A DNA stretch of 64,000 nucleotides from an uncultured bacterium (GTDB lineage: Bacteria; Patescibacteriota; Minisyncoccia; UBA6257; 2-01-FULL-56-20): assembly GCA_963718575.1 (NCBI GenBank), contig OY970358.1, forward strand, positions 514,172 to 578,171, read 5' to 3'. The position numbers and the translations under genes are program-made. Positions 8,782-18,931 of this stretch are shown here, in pieces (position 1 is the stretch's first letter; each line of letters starts with the position of its first letter). The notes under the pieces were generated by a model that saw nothing but the letters and a program-made list of their open reading frames with translations, did not search any database and was not told the DNA's origin.

Positions 8782-10737
8782 ATGGCTCCAAAACCTCAAA
8801 CACACCCCACGCCCGGCAAAGCCGGACAACCCCCGCTAAACGCCGCCCAGAATGCGGCTGTTCACGCTCCCCACGCGCCGCTATTAATAGTAGCGGGGGC
8901 CGGGACAGGTAAAACAAAGACCCTGACCAGCCGAATTATCCATCTAATAGACACCGGAACACCTCCGGAGCGGATTTGCGCTATAACCTTTACTAATAAG
9001 GCTGCCAAGGAGATGGCCAAGCGGGTCAATCGGACGGGGCCGTTTTTAGGAACTTTTCATTCTTTGGGAGCAAAAATCCTCCGAAAGGAGTGCCGGCTGG
9101 CAGGCCGCGATCCTAATTTTGCCATTTTTGATGACCACGATTCGTTCGACCTGGTTAAAAAGGCGGTCAAAGCCGTCTTGCCGCCGAAGAAAGACGACGA
9201 GGACGATGGCATTCTGGCGAAGAAAAACAAAAAGGACACGCCGGTTTATTTTGCCAAAAAGATCTCCGAACTGAAAAATCTTGGAAAACTTTTGCCCGAG
9301 GCGCGGCCGAATGTGGATAAGGAGGCGCAGGTCCGGCATGTGTTTGAGAAATACGAAGCCGCGCTCGAACGTAACAACGCGTTCGACTTTGATGATCTTA
9401 TTGAAAAGACGGTGATGATATTGAAGGCGCATCCGGAGGTGTTGAAAAAATATCAGCAGATGTTTGACGCGATCCTCGTGGACGAGTATCAGGACATTAA
9501 TCCAAAGCAATACGAGTTGGTTTCATTGCTCGCGGGTGAGCATCGCAACCTGAGTGTGGTAGGGGATGACGAGCAAACTATTTACAGTTGGCGCTACGCC
9601 GACATCAAAACATTTTTGAATTTTGATAAAGAGTGGAAGGGCGCGAGCGTGCACTTTCTTGAAGAGAATTATCGTTCGACAGGAATCATTATTCGCGCGG
9701 CGGCGGCGGTCGCAAAACACAACCGCTTCCGTACGCCGAAAAATTTATGGACGCAAAATCCGGATGGCGACCCGATCGTTTTGTTTGAAGCGTGGGGCGA
9801 GAACGAAGAAGCGGAATGGATCGCGCAAAAAATTTATGACTTGCGCGCGCGCGACAAGAATACTGACATTGGAATTCTCTACCGAACGAATGCGCAGTCG
9901 CGCGCGATCGAGCAGGCGCTCATCCGCAATAACATTCCCTACCGCATCTTTGGCGGATTGAAATTTTATGAACGGCGCGAAATAAAAGATGCGGTGTCGG
10001 CACTGCGCTATATTTCGAATGCAAAGGACGAGCCGGCGCGCGAACGCTTGGAGAAGAATCTTACCAAGCGGCGCTTTGCTGAATTTAAAAATAAAGTGGC
10101 CGAGTTACAAAATCCGGCGAAGCTAACTCTAGAAAAGATTGCGCCGCTTGCCGCGTTAAAATTATTTTTGGAAACATTCGGCTATTTTGAATATCTTGAG
10201 TCGAACTTTGTGAATTCCGATGAACGCGAGGAGAACATCGCGGAGCTGATCACATTTGCGACTGATTTTACAAGCCTTGATGAGCTTCTTGAGCGATTGA
10301 GTCTGCTCCAGGCCGCAGATGAGATAGGGAACAAGCCAGTTGACGGGCGAGAGGTGAATTTAATGACGGTTCACTTGGCGAAAGGGCTCGAGTTTGATTC
10401 GGTGTTTATTGCCGGCGTTGCGGAAGGATTGTTGCCGCACGGCCGTTCGCTCGACGATGAGAATTCACTAGAGGAAGAACGGCGGCTGATGTACGTCGCA
10501 ATGACGCGCGCGCGGAAAAATTTATATCTTAGTTTTTACGGAACGCCCTCGCGGTTCATCAACGAAATACCGGAGGGTTGCATCACGCTCCTTGAAAGTG
10601 ACGGGTCGACGGACAATAGTATGAGTGGAAATGGGAGTGGCGGAAGCAGTTCGCGGTGGCATTCGCGTGATGCCGGCGAAGATTATGGCGACGACACGAT
10701 GGGCGAAGGCCATGAACGATTCATCTCTCTCGACTAA
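8782..10737 (+). CDS. pcrA: UvrD/PcrA family SF1A DNA helicase
   Basis: AGAGTGKT, TFTNKAA, VDEYQD, VGDDEQTIY, LEENYRST, TVHLAKGLEF, EERRLMYVAMTRA. Confidence 0.93.
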   Translation: MAPKPQTHPTPGKAGQPPLNAAQNAAVHAPHAPLLIVAGAGTGKTKTLTSRIIHLIDTGTPPERICAITFTNKAAKEMAKRVNRTGPFLGTFHSLGAKILRKECRLAGRDPNFAIFDDHDSFDLVKKAVKAVLPPKKDDEDDGILAKKNKKDTPVYFAKKISELKNLGKLLPEARPNVDKEAQVRHVFEKYEAALERNNAFDFDDLIEKTVMILKAHPEVLKKYQQMFDAILVDEYQDINPKQYELVSLLAGEHRNLSVVGDDEQTIYSWRYADIKTFLNFDKEWKGASVHFLEENYRSTGIIIRAAAAVAKHNRFRTPKNLWTQNPDGDPIVLFEAWGENEEAEWIAQKIYDLRARDKNTDIGILYRTNAQSRAIEQALIRNNIPYRIFGGLKFYERREIKDAVSALRYISNAKDEPARERLEKNLTKRRFAEFKNKVAELQNPAKLTLEKIAPLAALKLFLETFGYFEYLESNFVNSDEREENIAELITFATDFTSLDELLERLSLLQAADEIGNKPVDGREVNLMTVHLAKGLEFDSVFIAGVAEGLLPHGRSLDDENSLEEERRLMYVAMTRARKNLYLSFYGTPSRFINEIPEGCITLLESDGSTDNSMSGNGSGGSSSRWHSRDAGEDYGDDTMGEGHERFISLD

Positions 10738-10758
10738 ATTATTTTTACTCTTATACAT

Positions 10759-11631
10759 ATGCAAAAACTTGGACAACATTTTTTAAAGAACACGGCGGTC
10801 TTGGAAAAGATCGTGGCCGCACTCGCACTTACGGACGGCGATCGCGTGATAGAGATCGGCCCCGGGCATGGGGAGCTCACGATCCCGCTCGTCGCAACGG
10901 CGAGAAAAAATAGCGGCGCGGTTGTCTGCATCGAAAAGGATCGCTCGCTCGTACCGGCACTCACCGAGCTGAGCGAAAAAGAAGGAGGGGGAATTCTCTC
11001 TATAATAGAGGGCGATGCACTTAAGTTGTTGCCGGAAGTCGCTGGGCGATTTGCCGCGACGGAGGCGTCTCATACAGCAGGTGCAGGGGATTTGTCACAC
11101 TATAAGATCGTTGGAAATATTCCCTACTACATAACCGGAAAACTGTTGCGTGTTATAAGCGAGCTTGAGCACAAACCCACGCGCACAGTGCTCCTTATTC
11201 AAAAAGAGGTTGCGGAACGGATCTGTGCCGCACCGCCCGACATGAACCGGCTCGCCGCGAGCGTGCAATTCTGGGCGGACGCCCGGATTGTGGCTCAGGT
11301 GCCACGCCACGATTTTTCTCCGCCGCCGGAAGTAGATTCTGCGGTGGTCGTGCTTGAGTCCAAGAGCACCGCGCAAAAATCTGAGGTACGCGGTGCGCAC
11401 ACTACTACATCCATCGACTCGGCGCTCTATTATTATAGAGCGGTGCGCGCCATTTTTGCCCAGCCACGCAAGACATTATTGAACAATCTTTCGGCATCGA
11501 CCGGCGGCACGATGACAAAGGGCATTATTATAGAGGAACTTAAAAAACTCGGCATCGATTCCGCCTCACGACCGCAAGATCTTGGCATCAAGCAGATCGT
11601 GGCGATCGCACAGGCGCATTTATGGGGATAA
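10759..11631 (+). CDS. rsmA: 16S rRNA m6,2A1518/1519 dimethyltransferase
   Basis: LGQHFL, IEIGPGHG, GNIPYYIT, FSPPPEVDS. Confidence 0.95.
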   Translation: MQKLGQHFLKNTAVLEKIVAALALTDGDRVIEIGPGHGELTIPLVATARKNSGAVVCIEKDRSLVPALTELSEKEGGGILSIIEGDALKLLPEVAGRFAATEASHTAGAGDLSHYKIVGNIPYYITGKLLRVISELEHKPTRTVLLIQKEVAERICAAPPDMNRLAASVQFWADARIVAQVPRHDFSPPPEVDSAVVVLESKSTAQKSEVRGAHTTTSIDSALYYYRAVRAIFAQPRKTLLNNLSASTGGTMTKGIIIEELKKLGIDSASRPQDLGIKQIVAIAQAHLWG

Positions 11632-11674
11632 CCCGAATAGCACGCAATTTCTTTTGGAGTTATAATTTGAATTA

Positions 11675-14041
11675 ATGATAGATGTCAAGAAGCTGATCAC
11701 AGGATTCCTTATTTTAGCTACCGCTGCGGTCTGCTCCGGACTCATCTTCGCTTTTACGAACTTTACGCCGAGCACGGCGGCGAACACTGCTAGCGCGGAC
11801 GGGATCACGATCAACGGTGTGGCACCCACAAATAGCGGGAGTGCTTTTATCCCAACCGAAGCTCAAGTCCAAGAGGTTGCCGCCGCGCTTGCGCCAGATC
11901 TCGCGTCCTCAACCATGCTCGTGAGCTCCACCGACCCAAACAATCTCACCGATCAGCTCGCGACGGATTTTGTGAACGGCGTCGTGGCCGCAAATCCGAA
12001 TGGTCCGACTGGCACCGACACAAACGGCAACCCAACCTTCAATCCTCCGGATGTAACAGCACTCGCTGCGAGTATCGCCGACACTACGAGCACCCAGGAT
12101 CTTCCGATTCCTGACTGGGATGTTGAAGCTGAATCCGTACCGATAGCCATTATTGCCACTTCCAGTGGTGCGGCATTGATGAACTATGGGAATGCCCTGA
12201 ACGACATTATGAACAGTCATCTTGATACCAATGCACAGGTGCAAAGTATCGTAGGCGACACGAGCGGCAGTGCCGACGCAAGCGATCTCTCTTTTGTTGG
12301 GGCACAAGTAGAAAGCGCGCTTCAGGATGCTTCCGCATTACAAGTTCCCACACCAGCAGTGGCTTATCAAAAAAGCTTGATAACCGACCTTGTGTATGAA
12401 AAGAATTTGATCCAACTTAACACCCTCGCGCAAACCGATCCAGTAAAAGCGTCTCTTCTTTTTCAACAAGAAGACAATAGGTTCTACGCGGTGCAAACAA
12501 ATTTTCTTGATCAGGCACAAAGCCTCACAAGCAAAACCCTTTCACTTCAAAAGCCTGCGCCGAATATCAGTGGTATGATATTATCATTCATTAATAACAC
12601 CTTTAGCATCTCTCAAGCCAATGCCCAGCTTGTAGTTGATGAACCCGTTTTGGATGCCATAACAATTCCCTATGATAACGCGAATCAAACACTCGATCTG
12701 ACTTCTCACGCCCAACAAGTAGCATCGAGCGCATCATTATTTTCACTCATCTCTTCCATTCATGTGCAAAACCTGGGACAAAGACTCGAAGCACTTCTTC
12801 AAAATACCTTATTACAGATCCTCAAGAATACGCTTGTCGCAATCATCCAACGCGAAGTGCTTACGTGGATACAAGGGAGCGGAGCTCCACGGTTCATCAC
12901 AAACTGGGGAACCCAATTAGTGAATGCTGCCCAAGCGAGTGCACTTAACAGTATTAATACTCTGTTTGATCAGAATGGTTGTACATTCCCTGCTTTTATA
13001 GGACAGGAAAAAATTACTTTAAATGCATTCTATAAGCCCGGAAGTAATGTCTGCGCAAACCAATTCGCGGCAGCGCTCGGAGCAAACAGCTTTCAGCAAT
13101 TCTATAACAATTTCGCAAATGGCGGATTCATCGCATTTGGAGCCAGCACCCTTCCAAGCGGCAATTCATATGGAAACCTTTTTTTCAACGCACAAACCGT
13201 TGCTTTTTCTTATAAAAATCAGCAAGGAGCCAGCCAGCTAAAAGCCCAATCTTCTAATGGACTTACCGGTAATCAGGTGTGTAGCGATGGGAGCGATCCA
13301 AATGGAACGCACGTTGAGTGTGAAAGCAACACCGCGAACGACTACGTACAACCTGCGGCTGGTTTTTGTTCCCAAGGCTACACTGCAGTCGTAGAGGATA
13401 ATAACGGTCTCTGTGCAAACGGCAATCAACCGCAAGTTACCACGCCTGCCGCAGCCACCGGATTTGTTCTCGGATCTGCCATTGATGCAACGCCAAAACA
13501 ACTTTCTGCGGCAAACGATATTGTCGGCGTCTTGAATGCGGTGCTTAATTCTCTCTTAACGGGCCTCGCAAGTACTGCGGTCAACGCGGCGGGGCAATTA
13601 GTAAATCAGGGGCTTACTTCTCTCAATAGCTCAAACATCACCGCTGGCGCAACCCCGCCTCCTACGAATCTACAAAATCTTGCTAGCACCACGAGTGGTA
13701 CCGCCGGAAATGTCGCCTCCATTCCGCTCGCGTGCAATCCATCATCGCAAACCATTCCTTCCACAACGGCCGGAACTGGTGGGTATACCCCCCAGGAAAC
13801 TTCTAGCACTTCTCCGTCTGCGGCCACCACAAATAGTTCCCCGACCTCAATTTCTGCGACCGGCGGAACCACTGATGTAGATGGTAATCCGCCAACCTAT
13901 TATTGGATTGATTCTAATGGAGTGAGCGGCACCGGGGCGTTCTTCAATGATACTTTCGCCGCTCCAGGGACCTACACCATAACTCTTACCGATTCAGCGA
14001 GCGACACTCCGGCGATCTGTACCGTGACCGTACAACAGTAA
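11675..14041 (+). CDS. Large exported or membrane-anchored protein, first gene of the T4SS-like cluster; Cys pairs and C-terminal PKD/Ig-like domain
   Basis: N-terminal hydrophobic helix; Thr/Ser/Asn-rich; terminal FAAPGTYTITLTD...CTVTV. Confidence 0.75.
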   Translation: MIDVKKLITGFLILATAAVCSGLIFAFTNFTPSTAANTASADGITINGVAPTNSGSAFIPTEAQVQEVAAALAPDLASSTMLVSSTDPNNLTDQLATDFVNGVVAANPNGPTGTDTNGNPTFNPPDVTALAASIADTTSTQDLPIPDWDVEAESVPIAIIATSSGAALMNYGNALNDIMNSHLDTNAQVQSIVGDTSGSADASDLSFVGAQVESALQDASALQVPTPAVAYQKSLITDLVYEKNLIQLNTLAQTDPVKASLLFQQEDNRFYAVQTNFLDQAQSLTSKTLSLQKPAPNISGMILSFINNTFSISQANAQLVVDEPVLDAITIPYDNANQTLDLTSHAQQVASSASLFSLISSIHVQNLGQRLEALLQNTLLQILKNTLVAIIQREVLTWIQGSGAPRFITNWGTQLVNAAQASALNSINTLFDQNGCTFPAFIGQEKITLNAFYKPGSNVCANQFAAALGANSFQQFYNNFANGGFIAFGASTLPSGNSYGNLFFNAQTVAFSYKNQQGASQLKAQSSNGLTGNQVCSDGSDPNGTHVECESNTANDYVQPAAGFCSQGYTAVVEDNNGLCANGNQPQVTTPAAATGFVLGSAIDATPKQLSAANDIVGVLNAVLNSLLTGLASTAVNAAGQLVNQGLTSLNSSNITAGATPPPTNLQNLASTTSGTAGNVASIPLACNPSSQTIPSTTAGTGGYTPQETSSTSPSAATTNSSPTSISATGGTTDVDGNPPTYYWIDSNGVSGTGAFFNDTFAAPGTYTITLTDSASDTPAICTVTVQQ

Positions 14042-14055
14042 TAAGCCCGCGACTT

Positions 14056-16470
14056 ATGTCACCCAAAAACCATTACAAAAAAATATTCGTTATCACGGCA
14101 GCGCTGTTAATCCTTTTTGCGCCAGTCGTGATAACGGTGAACAGCGGGATGACGGCGGGACATGAAATCACGATTGGATTTGGTATTGCGAGAGCGCAGA
14201 CAACCCCAGCAACACCAAATCTATACGACTGCTCTACAAACCCTGTAACGTGCAGTATTTTTTTCCTATCGCTTACCGTTAATGGCTATATGGCGGTTCT
14301 TATTAGTGTTGGAGCATGGCTCGTACGAGTAGGTCTTCAATTCAACGATAATATCTTCAACTCTCCGGGGGTCCAAACAGGGTTTTCCGTTTCTCTTGCG
14401 ATCGCAAATCTTGGATTTGTGCTTGGTATTATTATTATCGCGATCGCCACCATTCTGAGAAACCAGACTTACGGAATAAAACAGCTCCTATGGAAATTGG
14501 TCGTTATGGCGATCCTTGTAAATTTTGGGCTCGTGATTACAGCACCAATCGTTGGTTTTGCGAGTAGTATGAGTAATTATTTTATCAACGCCACGAGTCC
14601 TAATTCGATGAGTATCGCCGGATATGAGGGATATGCAAATACTATGATGCAGGCTTTTGCGCCTCAGCTTTTTATACCAGGTGCGTCGCAGGTGGTCTCG
14701 GCAGGGGCGGCAGAGCAAGCAGCGTGTCTCCCTGCGCCAACTACCCCTGGAGGTGCTGCATTGTGTCTAAAAGCGGCACAAGACGCGACGAATGCCATCC
14801 AACAGGCAGCGACGGGACAGGGGCAGGCGAACGCGCTTACACAACAAGTTATGGCGATGTTCTTTGATTTGATTTTTTCCGCTCTTATTGCTTTTACCTT
14901 TCTTGCCTTGGCGGTTCTTCTTATCATCCGCTATCTTATGCTCGGAGGCCTTCTTATTATCCTCCCTCTTGCATGGCTCACATACGTATTCCCTAAATTC
15001 GATAATAGTTTTAGTAAATGGTGGAATACTTTTATTAGGTGGGTGTTTTTTCCGCCGCTCGCACTCTTCTTTATCTATCTCGCATTCATAGCCGCAACAA
15101 ATACAAATGGCGGCAATGCGATTGGAGTCGCAACAAATACAAATGCTACCCAAGTATATCTTACCCAAGCCACCGGGCTTCCTTCGGGCGCCGCTACGGG
15201 GGTTGAGGGCTCTCTCTACCAAGAGACTGGCCTTAGCGGAATCCTTCAGCAAGCTGCCGACGAAATTTTACTCATTGGTTTGACTATTATGGGACTTATG
15301 TTTGCAAGTTCTCTCGCAGGAAAGGCAGGGGCTGTGGCGGTTAATATTGGATCGACCGCAAGTAAGGCGGTGGCGGGGTACGCAGGAAGACAGACAAAGA
15401 AGGGCGCGCGCCTTGCTTACCAAAAAGCGGACAAGGCGGTTAAACTCCTTCCTGGTGACAAGGGAATAACTCAACGATTACAGGAGGGTGCTATTCCTGG
15501 TCTAAAATATGTTCCATTCGGGAAACGTGCCACATCACTCGTGGGAGCGGGGATATCAAGTATTGCCACAAACGAGGAGCTTGTAAAAGAATCCCAGAAA
15601 GATGTTCCAAAGACCTGGGATGAGGCGAAGAGTAAGCTCATCGGAGATATGAACACCCAGAAGCAATTTGCCCATATCACTCTTGGCGTTAAAGAGGGAA
15701 GGATCAAGCGGGATGACATGATCAATGGGACACGTGCCGATGAATTTTTGGCCAACGAAGATTTAGTGAAGCGTTATGGTCAAGAAAAATTAGTCTCGGA
15801 TGCAAACAAAATATGGATGGGCGACGCTGACACTCGCAATGCTGAGAAAGCCATTGCCGCGGCAAGAAAGAGCCCCGCAGGAAAAGCTGCTTATGAAGCG
15901 GCGTCGAAATCTGGCAAATCTTTCGATGAAGCTCTTGCTGCCCAAGATGCCGTTGCGGTAGTGAGGCCCACAAAAGATATTAAAGATGAGAATGGAGCTA
16001 TTGTCTTTAAAAAAGGCGTAGAAGCAAAAGCTGTGGATGTTAATGAGGCGGCGATGAAAGCATTCTTTAGTGGGATGGCAAAGACAGACGCTTCAAAGAT
16101 CGATACAAATTCTCTCTTTAGCCCTGCTGTTATGAATATAAAAAATCCTGAGGGGCTAGAGAAAGCACAAAGAGCAATTAAACAAATCGCTAAATATGCG
16201 CCACAAATTGTTCCTAACCTTATAAAGGGGATGAAGGGGCCGACCATACGCTCTTTTAGTAAAGAATATGATGACGCTCTGACCACTCTTATTGAACAGT
16301 ATAAGAATAACGGCGAAGCTAAAAAGGCAAAGGACTATGGGGAGATTCAGGAAATTTTCCAGAGAAGCATCAGGAAGAGTGTTTTTGAGACAGCAGACGT
16401 AGAGAAAGGTGATGGCGGAGGGGGCGATAAAGATGGCGGGAAAGGTGGGGGCGATAAAAAAGATCATTAA
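14056..16470 (+). CDS. VirB6/TrbL-like polytopic membrane protein with long charged C-terminal tail
   Basis: Multiple TM helices with IANLGFV, LVNFGLVI, IIRYLML..LPLAW..P....FSKWW; adjacent to prgI and virB4. Confidence 0.75.
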   Translation: MSPKNHYKKIFVITAALLILFAPVVITVNSGMTAGHEITIGFGIARAQTTPATPNLYDCSTNPVTCSIFFLSLTVNGYMAVLISVGAWLVRVGLQFNDNIFNSPGVQTGFSVSLAIANLGFVLGIIIIAIATILRNQTYGIKQLLWKLVVMAILVNFGLVITAPIVGFASSMSNYFINATSPNSMSIAGYEGYANTMMQAFAPQLFIPGASQVVSAGAAEQAACLPAPTTPGGAALCLKAAQDATNAIQQAATGQGQANALTQQVMAMFFDLIFSALIAFTFLALAVLLIIRYLMLGGLLIILPLAWLTYVFPKFDNSFSKWWNTFIRWVFFPPLALFFIYLAFIAATNTNGGNAIGVATNTNATQVYLTQATGLPSGAATGVEGSLYQETGLSGILQQAADEILLIGLTIMGLMFASSLAGKAGAVAVNIGSTASKAVAGYAGRQTKKGARLAYQKADKAVKLLPGDKGITQRLQEGAIPGLKYVPFGKRATSLVGAGISSIATNEELVKESQKDVPKTWDEAKSKLIGDMNTQKQFAHITLGVKEGRIKRDDMINGTRADEFLANEDLVKRYGQEKLVSDANKIWMGDADTRNAEKAIAAARKSPAGKAAYEAASKSGKSFDEALAAQDAVAVVRPTKDIKDENGAIVFKKGVEAKAVDVNEAAMKAFFSGMAKTDASKIDTNSLFSPAVMNIKNPEGLEKAQRAIKQIAKYAPQIVPNLIKGMKGPTIRSFSKEYDDALTTLIEQYKNNGEAKKAKDYGEIQEIFQRSIRKSVFETADVEKGDGGGGDKDGGKGGGDKKDH

Positions 16471-16473
16471 TCC

Positions 16474-17637
16474 ATGACTACTATTTCAGTCGATCAAGCA
16501 TTGGAACGATGGGATACACTCCCCAACCCGCTACGGGACGCGATTGTTTCTGACGCCAACTCTGAATTTATTTGGAAGACATGCGGAGATGAACACATCC
16601 CCGAAGAAAGAATCCCTGAAGTCGCGAGGGTAGTGGGATACGTTCTCCTTGGATTCCTACATCCCGAAGATTTAAACCAGGAGATTAAGGAGCGGCTAAA
16701 TGTAGACGCCAAAATCACGACCGCGATTGCGGATGCCTTGAATAAAAGAATTCTTGCGCCCATTCGTGCTGATCTCGATAGGGCTTATTCTCCGCTAAGT
16801 AAATTAGAGACCTCCGCGGCAATATCGGGGAATCAGAAAATTCTCCAAGATATTAGCGCGGGGACGCCGCAAAGCGTGAAGCCCGTACCCACCACGACGC
16901 CATCCAGCCCGTCGCTCTCGTTTAACAAGCCCGTGACCGTCGCCGATGTCGGTTGGTCAAAGCAACCTGCGGCACCAAAAGTGCCAACTCCTGCGCCCAC
17001 CGCGCCAACAATATCCGCAGAACCGGCGCCGATGATGCTTCACGAAGATACGGCCTTCAAGCCAGCGGAGAAGAATGCGAACTTTACCCTACCGCGACAG
17101 GGGACCATTGGCGAGATGAACCTGAATCGCGGGAGTGGCGTGCCGCAACCGGCACAGCGGCCGGCGGTCATCGAGTTCGGACCAAGATTTTCTTCCTCCC
17201 CCGTACCGCCAAAACCACCGACTCCCGGCGCGCCCGCCAAGCCTTACTCGGAATTCAAGCCTTCGCTCGCCGCCGTGCCGACGGCGAATTCCGGTCCGCG
17301 AAACGTGAGCCAGATCACAGCCGCGACCAGCCCGACGGCGAGCGTGAACACCACTCCAGCGATGTCCATCCCAGTGCCGATACCAAAGCCTCCGATGACC
17401 GCGCCAACACCCACCACATCTTCATCCATACCGATCCCGCCTCCGCCACAGATTCCAAGAACTCCGCAGGTGTGGCACATCCCCGCGCAGACACAGGCTC
17501 CCGCGCCGATGCCAACCACGCCATCACCACTAGCATCAGCCAAACCGCAAACGCCGTCGATACCGACACCGCCAAAGCCACCGACTCCCGGCGCGGCAAC
17601 AGCCCCAGTCGCGCCGATCCAAAAAGATTTTCTCTAG
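16474..17637 (+). CDS. Hypothetical protein: helical N-terminal domain plus very Pro/Thr-rich disordered tail
   Basis: 387-aa ORF starting 3 bp after the upstream gene. Confidence 0.75.
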   Translation: MTTISVDQALERWDTLPNPLRDAIVSDANSEFIWKTCGDEHIPEERIPEVARVVGYVLLGFLHPEDLNQEIKERLNVDAKITTAIADALNKRILAPIRADLDRAYSPLSKLETSAAISGNQKILQDISAGTPQSVKPVPTTTPSSPSLSFNKPVTVADVGWSKQPAAPKVPTPAPTAPTISAEPAPMMLHEDTAFKPAEKNANFTLPRQGTIGEMNLNRGSGVPQPAQRPAVIEFGPRFSSSPVPPKPPTPGAPAKPYSEFKPSLAAVPTANSGPRNVSQITAATSPTASVNTTPAMSIPVPIPKPPMTAPTPTTSSSIPIPPPPQIPRTPQVWHIPAQTQAPAPMPTTPSPLASAKPQTPSIPTPPKPPTPGAATAPVAPIQKDFL

Positions 17638-17685
17638 CGTTAGCGCCGGTGGTAAATCCCGCGCGCGGGATTTACAATAGAATCT

Positions 17686-18201
17686 ATGCAGTATCAGGTT
17701 CCACAATTCATCGAAACCGAGGATAAGGTCGTCGGACCGTTCTCAATTAAACAATTCGCGTACGTTGGCGCCGCGGCGGTTATTAGCGGCATCTGCTATT
17801 TCATCTTACAGACGTGGTTGTTTGCCATCGTGGCGCTCATCCTCGTCGGCGGCGCGCTCGCGCTCTCGTTCGTAAAAGTAAACGGCCGGCCGCTTATGAA
17901 GGTGGGGCTCGCCGCGTTCAACTATTATTGGAAGCCCCAGATGTATGTTTGGAAATCCGAACACCCGGCGCCCGCGCAACATGCCGCGCCTGCGGTGGTG
18001 CGTGAACTGCCGCCCGTTACTGCGGTCGCATCCGGAAGTGCGCTCCATAAAAGCTGGGAAAACCTGCAGACCGGGACGCCGCCGGCTGGCAAGGTGCAAT
18101 CCGCACGGCAATTTGTTGAAAAGAAGATGGCCGAGCGCTATCAGATATTCCAACGGGAGAGCGGGGAGCGGGAGGCGGCGCGCCGCGTGGATTATCGCTA
18201 G
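17686..18201 (+). CDS. PrgI family protein (VirB3-like)
   Basis: MQYQVPQFIETEDKVVGPFSIKQF, two TM helices, KVNGRP. Confidence 0.88.
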   Translation: MQYQVPQFIETEDKVVGPFSIKQFAYVGAAAVISGICYFILQTWLFAIVALILVGGALALSFVKVNGRPLMKVGLAAFNYYWKPQMYVWKSEHPAPAQHAAPAVVRELPPVTAVASGSALHKSWENLQTGTPPAGKVQSARQFVEKKMAERYQIFQRESGEREAARRVDYR

Positions 18202-18233
18202 GATTTGTCCACAATTTGTGCGAAAATAAGAGC

Positions 18234-18923
18234 ATGGCAGCCCCTTCAAAGCAGGATGCGGGAAATTCCCTGGATCTTGTCGATATTAAAGAGATTAAAC
18301 AAAGCACCGTCATTGTTAAGGACGGCAGTCTTCGCCAGGTCATCATGGTGGGCGGCGTCAACTTTTCGTTGAAGTCGGAGATGGAGCAGAATATCATCAC
18401 GCAGGGATACCAGACTTTCTTGAACGGGATCGATTTCCCATTGCAGATCCTTATCCACTCGCGCAAGGTGAATATCGATAAATATATCGAGACGCTTACG
18501 CAAAGAAAGGACGTCGAGCAGTCGCCGATCCTGCAAAATCAGATCGATGAGTACAGTAAGTTCGTCCAAGGATTCGTGGAGAAGAACGCGATTATGGAAA
18601 AGGTGTTTTTGGTGGTCGTCTCGTTCTATTCCGCGACGGCGCTCCCCGGCGCGCAAAGCGTTTCCGGGGTGATGTCGTTCTTTGGCGGAAAGAAAAAACC
18701 CCCGGCGGCGGAAGTGGCACAGCGCGCCGAAGAATCGGAAAAGATGTTCAGCGAGAACCTTGCGCAGCTCGGCCAGCGCACGGCGCAAGTGACGAGCGGA
18801 CTTTTGAATATCGGCCTTGAAGCTACGGTATTGGACGACGAACAGCTCGTTGAGCTCTTCTATAACTTCTACAACCCGCAGACGATCGAACGGAAAACCG
18901 CGCCCGCGCCGCGGGAATCATAA
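18234..18923 (+). CDS. Conserved T4SS-associated protein resembling a split VirB4/TraC N-terminal part
   Basis: VNFSLKSEMEQ..I...YQ.FLN.IDFPLQI...SR and LVELFYNFYNP; lies between prgI and virB4. Confidence 0.75.
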   Translation: MAAPSKQDAGNSLDLVDIKEIKQSTVIVKDGSLRQVIMVGGVNFSLKSEMEQNIITQGYQTFLNGIDFPLQILIHSRKVNIDKYIETLTQRKDVEQSPILQNQIDEYSKFVQGFVEKNAIMEKVFLVVVSFYSATALPGAQSVSGVMSFFGGKKKPPAAEVAQRAEESEKMFSENLAQLGQRTAQVTSGLLNIGLEATVLDDEQLVELFYNFYNPQTIERKTAPAPRES

Positions 18924-18931
18924 TCATATCC

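Noticed and set aside
16953-17726. 257-aa alternative-frame ORF
   Set aside because: Shadow frame of the low-complexity Pro-rich gene
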